Assembly (NCBI GenBank): GCA_958009085.1
Contig: OY253684.1
Span: 558,001 to 622,000 of the forward strand
From: Protoeuglena noctilucae
Taxonomy: Eukaryota
DNA: 64,000 nucleotides
Direction: 5' to 3'
Below the pieces are notes generated by a model. The model was not told the origin of the DNA, searched no databases, and saw only the letters and a program-made list of their open reading frames with translations. Positions 13,582 through 25,919 of this stretch are shown piece after piece; the first letter of the stretch is position 1, and each line of letters begins with the position of its first letter. A program made the translations under genes and the position numbers.

Positions 13582-14475
13582 ATGGCTCGGCAGGGTCGGG
13601 ACAAGCAGCGGTACGCCGACACGGGCGAGCGGCTGGTGGCGGGGTGCATTCCCTTCCACCGAGCTGCGCTGGCGCGTGAAGATGGGGTCGACGGAACAAG
13701 CGACGAGGCCGGGGGCGACGGGCGGGGCTTGGCGGACGACCCGGGCGGCGCGGGTCTCTCGGGGGGGGCGGCCCGGGTGCGGGTGATGCTCATCACGTCA
13801 CGTGGGGGCAAGGGGTGGGTTTTCCCCAAGGGGGGATGGGAGACGGACGAGGAGGCGGGGGACGCAGCGAAGCGGGAGACGGTGGAGGAGGCGGGGGCTC
13901 GGGGGACGCTTTCGGACGTGGAGGTCGGGGTTTTCAAGTTCCACTCGGGCAAGCAGGAGCGACGGTGCCAGGCGGACCGGGGGCGCTGCATCGCGCACAT
14001 GTTTGCGCTTGAGGTGCAGGAGGTGAGTGCGAGGGCGGGCCGCGCACCCCCCGCACGAGATGGTCGTGGGCACAGCGATGCACAAAGTGCCGGGGTGGTT
14101 CGCAGGTGCTGGAGTCGTGGCCGGAGGGCAAGGAGCGCCGACGGATATGGTGCAGCCCCCAGGACGCCCACGACCTCCTCCGGCACCCGTGGATGAAGAC
14201 GGCGCTGGCGACGTGGGCGAAGAAGGAGGTGCGATGGGCTGGCTGCTGCTGCGGGTTTGCCTGGAGGGTTGGAGCGGTGGAGAATGAGAGGTCATGCGGC
14301 CCCAGAAGCGACCATTGATGCCCTCCCGGTGCCGCAGGGCATCCCGCTCGACACCACCACGTGGGCCAAGGAGCCCAAGCCCATGGTGGCGGCCAAGGAC
14401 GTGGACACCAACGTTTCTGCGGGGAGTTTTACGGTGCCGGGCACGTCCTTGCCCGTCGTGACGACCTTTTCCTGA
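13582..14475 (+). CDS. Nudix hydrolase of the plant DIPP/Ap6A subfamily (NUDT12/13/16/17-like); 3 exons
   Basis: MARQGRDKQRY...RLVAGCIPF...VMLITSRGGKGWVFPKGGWETDEEAGDAAKRETVEEAGARG Nudix box; WPEGKERRRIW...HPWM in exon 2. Confidence 0.85.
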
Positions 14476-14881
14476 GCTTGAGAGGTCTGATGTCTGTCAG
14501 AGACGTGATTCTAGTGAGCGCCTGGCAGGCATGCCGCAGGAGACTGTTCGCAACATCCCTTTTTCCTCACGTCGTGCGCCGCGTCCGGTCGGGCCGTCCT
14601 CTTAAGCTCGCGCCGTCGGGTTTGCGTGTTGCCGGGCGAGTTGCGCGCAGGAAGCCGCGGCCGATTTATACGCGCGTCCGAGTTGAACTTGTTCTGCAGC
14701 GCGGTTCGGCAGGGGAAGCCTCGCGCGCGCGGGGAGTGCAGGTGGCGTCGACCTCCCAGAGGTGACGCAGAGGCCTCTACGGGCGACGGCAACCTCCCCG
14801 GAGCGCTGGCCCGGCTTAATTGCGCCGTATTGAAGCCGCGCGAACATGCAGAGACGCCCGATGTCCCGCGCAGGAGGTATA

Positions 14882-17800
14882 ATGGCGCGTTGTTATGCGG
14901 GACTTGGGCTCGTCCTTGCCGCCGCTCTGGCCTTCCAGGCGGCCGGGAGGGGTGTGCTCGCGGTGAGTGGATACAGCAGCGCGCCGCGCGGCCCTGCGGA
15001 GGCGGACGGCGAGGCCAGGGTCGCGGGAGCAGGCACGCCACCCTCCCTCGCCCGCAGCAACCGTGCCCATGCACGGACGTTGCCCCTCCGGTGCCGGCTG
15101 GCAGCCCGACGTGGACCTGTAGCCAGCAGAAGCTGTGGGGGAAGTGCAACACCCAGTGGATGATCGACAGCCACTTCTGCGAGATCACGTGAGGCCTGGA
15201 CTGACCGAGCTGTGACAGGCTTTTGGAGCTAGGAGATGCCCGCGCTCATCGCATCCTGGAAACCTTCCTTCCTTCCTTGCAGGTGCAACCGCTGCACCTG
15301 CCCGCCGGCGCTGTCAAGCCTGCCTGCACTGCCTCCCCCGCCCCCGACACTTCCGGCCCCTGCCGACAGCCCTGTACCCCTGCCTGCTGCAGGCGCTGTG
15401 CCAACCGCAGGCGCGGTCCCGGTTGCGACGCTCGACCCTGTGTCGCCCGTCGGCCACACCATGTCGCCTGAGGGCTGCTACGTGACGGGGAGCGTCTTGG
15501 ACTTCCTCCAGACCGATCCCCAGCGCCGCTTCCTGGTCCTCACCAGGGTTCTGCAGCTGCCCGACCTGGGCGTCCTGCCCTTGGTCGCCCCCGGTGGCCC
15601 CAAGCAGACGCTGTTTGCCCCGACGGACGCAGCGTGGGAGAGCAGCCTGGCGCAGTGGGGCCTCGCCATCACGGACCTGGTCGAGCGGCCCGGTCTCCTC
15701 AAGCAGATCCTCCTCGCGCACCTCCTGCCCACTGGCTTCTCCGCCAACGCCATGGCGCTGGCCATGAGCCTCGACACCATGCTCCTCGGGAGCCAGGTGC
15801 TCGTGCAGTCGTCCGCCGACGGCACCATGGTCGTCTCCACTCAGCAGTCCCGAGGGACGGTCACGGACAAGGACCTGTGGCTGTGCCAGGTGAGCGCGTC
15901 ATCGGGGACACAGGCGCACATAGTCAGCGAGCCGCTGACCTGACGCTTCGCAGGCATCGGAAAGGGTGCTGGGCACGTTTGCAGGGCTCGTACGTGAATG
16001 TTTTGGACTCGGTGCTGTTACCGGTGAAGCTGGACAACGCCACGCCCGTCACGGCCGTCCAGATGGTGACCGCATGCCACAGCGCATCGATCGCCGACGC
16101 CCTCCGTGGCAACCCGTCCCTCAGCACCGTCGCCGGCATGGTGGCCAGCGGAGATGTGAGTGCTGCGCTCGCCAAATGTGTTGCAACGTTTACGCATGTG
16201 CGCTGCTGGGGTCCTGCTGATGTCGATGCACATGCGCACCGCCTCGCCGGCCGTCCCAGGTCTCTCAACTCCAGCAGATCCTGTCTGGAGTCACCCTCGT
16301 GGCTCCCACGGACGCCGCCTTTGCAGCGATGCAGGCGCTGCCAGCGGCCTCCGGCTCTCTAGCTGCCCCAGGCTCTGCAGTGCCAGCCGCCACACCCACG
16401 GGGCTCAGGTGCGATGCCCAATTCACATGCGACAGCTCTGTCACTGCAAAGCGCGATGCCAGCCTCAGTGTTGCTCAATCGTACCTGTTGGAGGAGATGT
16501 GAATGAGCGTCGCGTTCCGCCTGCAGCCCCGCGCCCTTGCAAGACCCAGCAACGCTCCACCGGATGTTGCGCTACTGGACACTGCCGGGCATCCGCCGAC
16601 CATCCAGCTTCCGCGACGGACAGACGCTGCACACGCTCCTCCCGTCTGGATATCTCCAGGCGAGCACTGGCGTATGCAAGTGTGTATCATCCTCCCTCCC
16701 CTGCGGCTGACTTCACTAGAGCTTTGCCCTGTGCTCACATGTGCAGTCATGAATGGATGGTCTCGACATTTCAACAGTCGTTCGTTATATGTGCAGGTCT
16801 CTTTGCCCGCCAGCAGCGAGGGTGTTCTGCTTGACTCGAGAAAACAGGCAGCCCATGTGTTGGCCGCGGCCGTGCAGCATGATGTCCTTTGTGGGGCGTC
16901 CATCCTCGTTGTGGATGCCGTGCCACTCCCCCCGCCAACCACGCAAGGTAAGGGCGATAACCGTGTGATGCCAGATGAAGGGCAGGCGATATGCCCTTGT
17001 CTGCCTCAAATTGCAAAGACCCCAGGTAGCTAGCGCGCTTTGCCATGCCCGTAGATGTCCTGCCCTTGGCAACGGCAGGTCAGGACACCACCCCGACGGC
17101 TGCGCCTGGCGCGGCCCCATCGTCAACGGCAGCCCAGCAGCCGGGGTGCCGGGACGTCAGGACGGTAATTCAATCTCTGGGGTATGCCTCCCAGTACCTT
17201 AGCGCAGCGGATGCTGCGGGGGCTGGCTTCCTCTTTGACCCGGTGGCCCCAGGTGGGCTCGCCACGCGCGCTGGGTGGATGACAATGTTAGCTCTTTCGA
17301 GGCACTGAGGTGCTGCCTGGCTCCAATGCTTTGTTGCCATCGCTGGACGATTTGCCCCGCTGGTGCCACACCAGCTGCCGTGCCACGCTCTCACACCAGG
17401 GCATGCTCAAGGGCCCTGCACACCCTTTCCGCACAGTGACACTCTTCATTCCCGAGGACCTGGCGCTTTCCCGCTTCCGCTCCGAGGTGGGCCTCAGCCC
17501 CATCGCCTTCCTTCAGAGCGCCACCACCGCTGTCAGCGTCATCGCCTACGCGGAAGTGCCGAGCCAGATGCTGCGCACGAGTGAGCCGTCAGTCACTTGC
17601 TGACATGTCGCATCGTGACACCCACTTCCAATAGCTCTCACTGCATTACCTGATGCCAACCCGCTTTCCGTGTGCCCTTGTGGACCCCACTGGGCTCATT
17701 CTGCCTCTGTGGCCGGCCCGCAGGCGACATGCAGGACGGACAGGCCCTGAAGACTCTGGTAGTGTCGGCGGGGAAGCCGCTGGAACTGACCCTGCAAGTG

Positions 17801-19821
17801 CAAGGCGGCGCCGTCACCGTGGCAGGCGTGGGCTCCCAGGCCCGCATCACCCACGCAAACATCGCGGCTTGCAATGCCATGGTGAGAGCGCCTCTTGCCT
17901 GTGCCTCGCTTGCCGGGTATCTGGCATGTGGAAAGCAGCGTCTCACGCCCTTCACATGCAATACGTGCAGAAGCATACATGGACAATGTATCCTTTGACA
18001 CCTCTGCACCCTTTGCGCGTCTCTCAGATCCACATCGTGGACAACATCCTCCTCCCCTTCAAGCTGGGCGTGGCCTCCAGTGCCCCGCCGCCGCCCACGC
18101 CCGCCCCTCCCATCGCCACGTATCCAAGCATCCCGCTGCCCCCCGCGTCGAGCCTGGCCCAACTTGGGGCCGTTGCCGTGCCTTCCACTGTGCCCGCACT
18201 GGTCCCTCCAGCCTCCGCCGCCGGCCTCCCCCAGCCGACCGCAGCTCCGAGCATCACGCCCGCGCAAGCCAGTGGCACCGCTGGGGATGTGACAGGGGCA
18301 CGGCCGGGGCCGGGTGGTACCGTCATCGTGCCGCCAGCAGGAGTCGACCCCTTGCCCGCACCCTCGCCGACCGCGGCAACACCCGCAGCCACGGTCGGAA
18401 CAGCGGTCACTCCGGTCACCACTTCCGTCCCAGGCACCCCGTCCCCTCCGCCAGCAGCACCTGGGCACAGCCCAGCGTGCCAGACAGGTGAAGCACCCTT
18501 TGTCACTGACCGCCAGTGCCCTGGCATAACGATGGGCGCCAAGTGCTGCGAGTAGCATGGGTGTGAAAGCATGCGCTGGCTGTTGCCATTTGCTTCGTTC
18601 CGTCTGCTCAGCGCCATGCCGTGCTTGTCACGCTGGCAGGGGTCGCGTGACAACAGTGGGCTGTTAGTTGACCCGCGCCTCTGGCCCCTCCGCTCCTGCA
18701 GTGCTACAGATCGCGGAGCAAGTCCCACAGCTGTCTACGTTCGTGTCATGGGCCAAGTCCACAGGCGTCGCCGACCTGTGGAATGACCCGCGGGCAGAGA
18801 CGACGGTGTTCATGCCCCCTGACGACGCCCTGCAGGCCTCCCTGGCCGACATGTCCTCCTCCAACGGGGCAGTCGCCTTCGATCCCGCGCTCCTGAGGCT
18901 CTTGCTCCTCTTCCACATGCTGGAAGGGGCCGACAACACGACCCAGGTGCGTGGTCCTATGTGAGCCAGCGTTCTGATGCCTGAGGCAGGCTGCACATAC
19001 CGGCATGTCGCGTGTATATGCAAAATATTACCTTCAACCCCTGCCACTGCTTAGCCACAAGGCGCGTGCTTGACAATCCATGCGCTGTTCATCGCCTGCG
19101 GTCGCTCGCTGGCCCTCCACGCATCGCCTGCGTTCCCGCCACCCGCAGCTGCTGGCCATGAAGCAGAGCGCTACGCTGCTGGGGTCCCGTGAGGACGTGC
19201 TGCGCTTCCAGGGCAAGCCCGGCAACGTCACCGTCATTGACATGGTGAACGACGGTGGGTCCAAAGTTCTTGTTTCTGACGTCCCGGCCTGCAAGAGCAT
19301 CCTCAACGTCATCTCCCTCCCGCTCCTGCCCTCCTCGGTGAGCGTTGCAGCCCTTTGCTGAGGCTGAAAAGGGCCAGGACTGGCGCACGTGCTGCACCCC
19401 ATCCAAACGCCGTCCCTCGCTTGGGTTCAAACAGAACAAGTTCATGGAGGTCAAGAAGGAGCTCAGCAAGGATCCAGGATCGGGGATGGTGGCTGCTGCG
19501 CTCCCTGGGCCTGTGGACAACATGCCCTCGCAGGCACCCCCACAGACGCCCGCCAGCACCGCCCAGCCTCCTCCGTCGCCAAGCCCCGCCGCCGATCCGG
19601 CAGCCGACGCCTCGGGCTTGCTCCGCAGCGCGACCGCGCCGACGCCATCCGGGGCGGGACTGCCCACCGGATTGCCTCGCGCCGGCGCCGCACCCGCGAC
19701 AGCCCCCGTCGCTCCCGGGGTTGCCAGTGCCGCATCCGCCACGCCCGCGCCTGCCCCGCCAGGGAGGTCCCTCCTCTCTCTCATCACCCTCTTCCTCTGG
19801 CCAACGCCCCAAGCTGCATAG
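14882..19821 (+). CDS. Secreted multi-fasciclin (FAS1 x4) protein with an N-terminal Cys-rich module and Pro-rich linkers
   Basis: Signal peptide MARCYAGLGLVLAAALAFQAAG. FAS1 H1 motifs TLFAPTDAAW, TLVAPTDAAF, TLFIPEDLAL, TVFMPPDDAL and H2 motifs VNVLDSVLLP, ILVVDAVPLP, IHIVDNILLP, ILNVISLPLLP. P/A/T-rich spacers. Confidence 0.8.
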
Positions 19822-20640
19822 GTGCCCGTCTCGCTCTTGGCCATTGTCCCAGCCAAGCCCGGAGTCTATCCAAGCAGCCGACCACGCGCCCATATGTGAC
19901 ACGCCCTGTTGAATATGCCAGGGATTGAAGAAGTGCTTCTGTCGGCCCATTGAAGAGCTGCAAGCGGGCGCTGCCAGTCCCTTGCCAGCCACGTCGTCGG
20001 ACGGCCTCCTCGTCGGAGCCTCTAGGTGGCCGCGGTGTCAGCTGAGACCCATTTCTCTGCGACGTCATCCAGCGCGCCCCGCCAGCCTGTGCGTTCCCCG
20101 GACGTGCATTTGAAAGACAGGCTCTGGCAGCGGCATTTCGCAGCGCCCCGAGCAAGGCGAACATCAGCGCTGTGTTCAGTTCCTCGTCTGGCGTGCGTTG
20201 CCGGGGGTGGACCAGCTAGGTTTGGTTTTCGCGCTCCCAACAGGGCAGGGCCGACCCACCGGTCTTCTGCCGCCCGCGGCTGCGGGGCGGCGATGGCGGA
20301 GCCGCTAACGCCCCTCCGAGGGCAAGCAGAGGGGCTATCCACATCGCGGGCCGTCGCACAGCGTCTTGATTTCGATCCGAACGCGACTCCGGGGCCCGCG
20401 AGGTGCGAGCCTGGCGCAACGCTGGGAAATGCTCACGCGCGTCTCTCCGCAGCACAGGGGCGTGCCAAACTCGTGATATTGCGTACGTCTCGCTTACACC
20501 TACCCCGTCGTGCTGGCCGCAGGGCCAGGCTAGAGTCGGGGCGGCCACCGTCCCTGCATGCGACCCCGCAGCGCCCGCCCCGGGAGTACTCGACTTGCGG
20601 AGAAGATCGCCCAGGGACATCAGGGCAGTCCCGACCAACG

Positions 20641-21928
20641 ATGGCGACGCCCAAGCCCCGCATCCCGCAGCCCACCAGGTGCCGCGCGGGGCGACCTGGA
20701 GGCAGCGCCTGGGAATTAGGCTGGCATGAGGCTGGCATGAGCGAGAGGGTGTCAACGGCGCAGGTCAAGTTTGGATAAGCGGAAGGAGGATCTGCCCGGC
20801 CAGAGGCCCCAGCGCCGAGACAGCGAACTGTCCGCGGATGGACGCGAGGGCAAGCGCAACGGCGTTCGGCGGCAACAGGACCCGCGCCCAGGTGCGCTGC
20901 TGGGCCGCGTCGGGGCTGCATGGGATGCGGAGAGCGTGATGGCGCAGGGGTGCCGAGCGAGAGGGGCCCGGCCGCTCCTGGCCATGCTTGCCTTTCGTGC
21001 CATGCATGCGCCACAGCACGTTCCGCGCAGGGGACGTGTACGTGACCCGCGTGACGTGGTCGAGGATACTCGCGCTTTACGTGACACTGGCGTTCCTCCT
21101 GACGTGCGACGCGTTCGGCACGTTCATCGAGGCGAGCGCTGAAAGCACGATGCCCGGAGGGACTGCCCCGTGCGTTGTGGGAGAGCTGAAGCCATGACGG
21201 TGCGTACCGACATGTTCGGAATGTTTGCTCGTTGCGGCAGATCGCTCTGCGCGTGCGGCACCCCCGCAGTTTGACAACCAGCGCAACAAGATCATCCGGA
21301 TGGTCATCGTCATTGTCCCCGGGGGCGTGCACTTCCTGGCAATGATCACCTGCGTCATCGGTGCGCACGCGCGAGAGCGTCATGCTGTTTATACAACCTG
21401 TGGCTCTATTACCCTGGCGGGGCCCCTGGCAAGGCTGCACTGCGTTGATGGCCCTCCCTCCTGGCCGCAGTGTTCATCAATGCGTGCAAGGAAACCGTGT
21501 TCCTGCGACTGGGTCTCTACGACATGCTGAGGCGAGTGCTGCGAGCGCGCTGCACGAGCGCCATGTCATCCACCACGTGCCCAGTCGGCACCCGACATGC
21601 CAGCACACGGTCGTCGCACGCCCGCAGGCGGGAGTTCGCGCCTTTCGTCTTCTCCCTGGTCGTCAGCGCCGCGCTGCGGCTGGGCATCCTGCTCGTCCGC
21701 TTGGAGTGGGCCTTTGGCATCAAGCCCATGCCCACGTGGGGCGCCGAGTTGGCGAGCCATGTGATGGGGCCCCTGTTCGTCTTCGAGCGCATCGCCATGC
21801 TCGTCTTCTACATGAGCGCGGCCGAGGCCATCCGCAAGGCCACGAGCCCGCAGCTCTACTCCCGCGCTTGCCTGGAGGCCCGAGACGCGTCCCGCCAGAG
21901 GGTCCCCGAGGAGGACATCAGTTTCTGA
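20641..21928 (+). CDS. TMEM138: TMEM138-like ciliary transition-zone membrane protein, 5 exons
   Basis: The spliced product has ~4 TM segments with TVFLRLGLYDMLRREF, LFVFERIAMLVFY and SPQLY, resembling my recollection of TMEM138 (TFVFQAGL..LL..KF, LFVFQRLAAVLY, DPHFY). Recognised by eye, not by search. Confidence 0.65.
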
Positions 21929-22177
21929 CACGAGCAGGCGAAGGGGGGCGCGCGCTGGTAGTCCTGAGACCTTGTTGCCTATCCAGAGACGCGCGGATGT
22001 CGTGAGGGCCTGGTGCTGGCGGAAGCTCGCAGCTGTTCACGCACCATCGCGTCCTTGCCGCGGCTCGAGGGCTTGCTTGGGCAATTGGCCCATTTAGCGC
22101 GGTCAAAGAAGAGCTTTTGAGCAGTAGGGGATCAGAAGGGCCGGCCTGCGGGCCAGGCGAGGCGTATATTTGGGGTC

Positions 22178-23849
22178 ATGGGTGGGGGTGCCCCTCCAGG
22201 GGCGCCTGGGGACGACACGGACGAGACCAGGCTGCACTACGACCTTCACTCGAACAAGCATGCCACGCAGGAGGAGGCGCTGAGGTAAGATGAGGGCACA
22301 AGGGCCAGCAGCGCATTGCAACGCCGCTCCAATGCACAGGACGCCATTTGGCCTACCGCGGAGCGATGGTACCCGGCGGACAGCCCAGCACGTTGCTTGA
22401 ATGCAGGGCGCGCGAGCTTGGCGCGTCAGCTCCGCTGAAGAAGTATCACAACGACATTAAGAGGAGGCTCATCACGCGCTTCGCAAAACCAGGCGGCCGC
22501 CTGCTCGACCTCGCGTGCGGGCGGGGCGGGGATATCCGCAAATGGTTCGATGCTAACATCGCCTTTGTCAAGGGTATCGACTTGAGCCCGGGGGAGATTC
22601 AGGAAGCAGAGGCGAGGCGCACCCCAGCGTGCTCCTCGCAGAGCGGCCCCAGCGCGCCGTCTGAAGCGTCCCTCGCCTTGCCGACTCGCAGTCGCGCTAC
22701 GCCGGCACGCGGAAGGACTGGCGCTACCGCATGTCTCGGACCCAGTGCGTGTTCGTGGCCACGGACAAGGTGGGCAAGGAGGACCTGGGCCTGGGGAACG
22801 AGGAGCCCTACGACGCCGTCACGTGCATGTTCGCCATCCACTACTTCTTCGCGACGGAGCAGACGCTGCACTGCTTCCTCCGCAACGCCTCCGCGGCGCT
22901 GGCCGACCGGGGCTTCTTTTTCGGAACTTGCCCGGACGGGAAGGCCGTCATGGCGGGGGTGCAGAAGGGTGGCGGCCAAAGTCTCCACCTGCCCATGCTG
23001 CGCCTGACGCGCATGTGGGAGGGAAAAGAGCCCCAGCCATTCGGGTCCAAGTACACCTGCCACATCGCCGACACAGGTGAGGCATCCAGGAGGATGCGGC
23101 ACAACTTGCTGGGCGATTTGGGTGCGGCGAGTGCGCCGGTGGCTGGGTCATGTACCTCGCACTCCTGCCGCAGTGGTGGAGGGCCACGAGGGCATCACGG
23201 AGGGGTCGGTGGAGTATCTGGTGTTCTTCTCGGTCATGCGGAGCGTGGCGCGGCAGTACGACTTGTTCCCGGTGGAGCAGCACTGGGGCAAGGAGCTGGA
23301 CGGCGTGCTGGCCAGGGACGAGCCGCAGGTGAGGGACAGGAGACGAACGGGGCCAGGGGAGTGCTGGCGGTGATTATGGGAGGATGCGGGAGGTGCGACT
23401 AGAAGACACTGCACTGGTCGTGCTTGCTCTTTGGGTAGGGAGACTTGAATAAGCACGTCGTGGAGTGGGAGTGGACCATTGCCTGATGCTGTGCCCCTTC
23501 CGCACCGCAGGACAAGCGCTGGTGCCGGCACTTCGACCCTCACTTCCCAGACTCGGACCCTTCCCTGGAAGAAGCCAGCCGTCTCTTCGTCGCCTTTGTG
23601 TTTCAGAAGCGGGAGGTGAGGGCCCGGGGCTGCGCAGGAGGCCTTGCAAGCAAGCGTGCACGGCGTTCCCACCCTCGGACCGAGCCAGCGCGCGAGGGTG
23701 CGGAATACGATTGCGGTTTACGAGCCAGGCCTGGCCCGCCCTGCATGCAGCCCGTGAACAAGCGGCACCTCGAGCAAAGTGCGGATCATGCTGCGGCGGT
23801 GCTTGCCACGGGAGGCGTGGCGAAGAAACGGAGAACGGAGATGGCCTAA
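22178..23849 (+). CDS. mRNA cap guanine-N7 methyltransferase, multi-exon
   Basis: PLKKYHNDIKRRLI, LLDLACGRGGDIRKW (SAM motif), YDAVTCMFAIHYFF, GFFFGTCPDG, FGSKY, EYLVFF, FVAFVFQKR. Confidence 0.88.
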
Positions 23850-24029
23850 CAGCGACTGGGCTATCTTACACTCCCGGGGCCGTGGGGGGAGGGCGTGGGG
23901 TAGGAAAGGGGCTAGGGCGGGGTGTGAAGGGTGGGAGAGAGGACGTACTGCACTCGCTGCTCAGGAACCGGGGAGGGTGCCGTTGGCGTGCACGCGAGGG
24001 TCCGTATGCTACTGGGTTGAGTGACGCTG

Positions 24030-25561
24030 TCAGGCTGGGCAGTCTAAGGTGCCGGGAGCGACAGTGCCCGGAACGACGGCGCCGGGGTGCCGCTTGGGGC
24101 GCAGCAGCCGTGCTGTGACGAAGAGGGACGGGATGATGGCGATGGCCGCAATGACACAGAGGGCCAGCCACACGAAGTAGGCGTAGTCATACCTGCGAGC
24201 ACAGCTACATAGCGTGGGCTCTCCTGTGCTCTGAGGTTTCCCATCGCACGTGGGCTTTCGTATGACATCGCTTGTCGCCATCTTCTCGTATCGGCTCATC
24301 TCGTGGCTGCAAAACACACCAAAGGGACGCCTTGGCCCAGGCCGGGAACGGAGACTCGTGGTCCGTCCTCGCCACCATCCCCGTGAAGACGCCTGTGACG
24401 GTTCAGAGAAGTCATGGGGACTGAGACTCAATCCACGCGCAAACGGGTATGGAACAGCACCCTAAGCACCGCATGACGCGGTGACGTGCACGGGGCGGCT
24501 CACCCAGCGTCGTGAAAGCGCACACGCTTGCCGCGGCGGGGAAGACCCAAATGAGGTGGTGCAGCCAGTGGAGGGCCAACGCCTCCTCGACAGTTTGGGA
24601 TGCAGACGCGGCCAGGCTCAAGGCAGTGAGGAAGCTGCGAGGAGGCAGCATGTCGCGCGTTGGTAGTGGCGCCTGCGACGACTCATGCAGACGTGCCAAG
24701 CCTCGGCCGCACCTGAAGAAGATGGTAAGGACGGAGAAAGCCCGGCAGGCCAGCACGAAACGTCTTTTGTCCTTCCCGAACATGTCCGCGTAGAATGTGG
24801 GGAGCACGTTCAACGTGCACAGGCGGATGCTTGAGTTCCCGTAGAAACTTTCCCATGTCCGCGAGAAGCTGGGGTCCCCGACGACGGTCGCCCCGGGTGC
24901 GAGCGGCAGGCCCCGACGGATGGCGTCGGGGAGGCACTGCGCCACGACCAGCGGCTGCTTGAAACACACCCTGCATTTGGGAGGAGCTGAGCTGTGGCTC
25001 AAAATGGGCCCACTTTCATGGGAGAGAACGGTGGTGATTTGACGCTGCTGCGCTCACTCCCACAGGCCGACGTTCTGGGCCTTGGCCGCCGCGCTTCCCG
25101 CCAGGGCGGGGCACTGCGGGCGATGGCAGGGCGAGGGGCGGAGTCGCAGGCTCGGCATTGTGCATCTCGCGGTTGCCCAGTGCCCAGGTGACCCCCACCT
25201 GGTCTGCTCGGTCGAAGTTGAGCCAGAAGTTGCTGATGACGGAGCATATCCCCAAGACGAGGACGACCACCTGGCACGCGATGCCCGCGGCGCAGCAGTC
25301 GCGGATCTCGGCGTGCGCGTCCACCTTCCGCTGCCCCGTCGCCCCGGTACCCACAGCGCTGGGAGGCAGCGTCGTGCCCGTGGCGAAGGTCCCGGGACCA
25401 GCCATGCCCTGTAGCTCACATGGCGCGGAGAAGCCAGTTCGCTCGCACTGCGCACCCTCCGCGCAGACGCCCGCCGGGCTGGGGCCCACGACTGCAGGAG
25501 TGCTATCACTCGAGCATTCGAGAGGCCTCTGCCGGAGTTGGGCGACATCCTCGCGCTCCAT
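24030..25561 (-). CDS. Hypothetical multi-pass membrane protein, multi-exon
   Basis: Successive minus-strand exons with hydrophobic segments (CQVVVLVLGICSVISNFW, RAFSVLTIFF, LIWVFPAAASVCAF, YFVWLALCVIAAIAIIPSLFV) bounded by GT/AG sites. No family recognised; the start is uncertain. Confidence 0.5.
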
Positions 25562-25919
25562 GGCCCTACGTGCCCAGCGGCACTCCCGCGGGGGATAGGG
25601 GCCGGACCTGGATTCTCGACATAGAGCGATAGGTCGACTCGCGAGCGCAGAAGTACGATCCGGTGGCCCCCGCGCCTCCGGGCCGGAGCCTGAAACTCAC
25701 TTACACGCGCGTCAGGCTGTCAGCCCAGCGGAAACTGCCGAGTCCGGAGCAATCGATCGTGGGAGAAAAGGAAAAAGCGGCCGCGACGTCCTCTCTGTCG
25801 CTCCCACTCTGAGAATCCTGACATTCGTCGTCCGTGATCCTGCTGGTGCTGGGCCATCGGTGTCTGGACAGGTAGAATAGCAATTGCTCGGCTGGCTGGT
25901 CTCCGCGGAGGGCGGGAGG

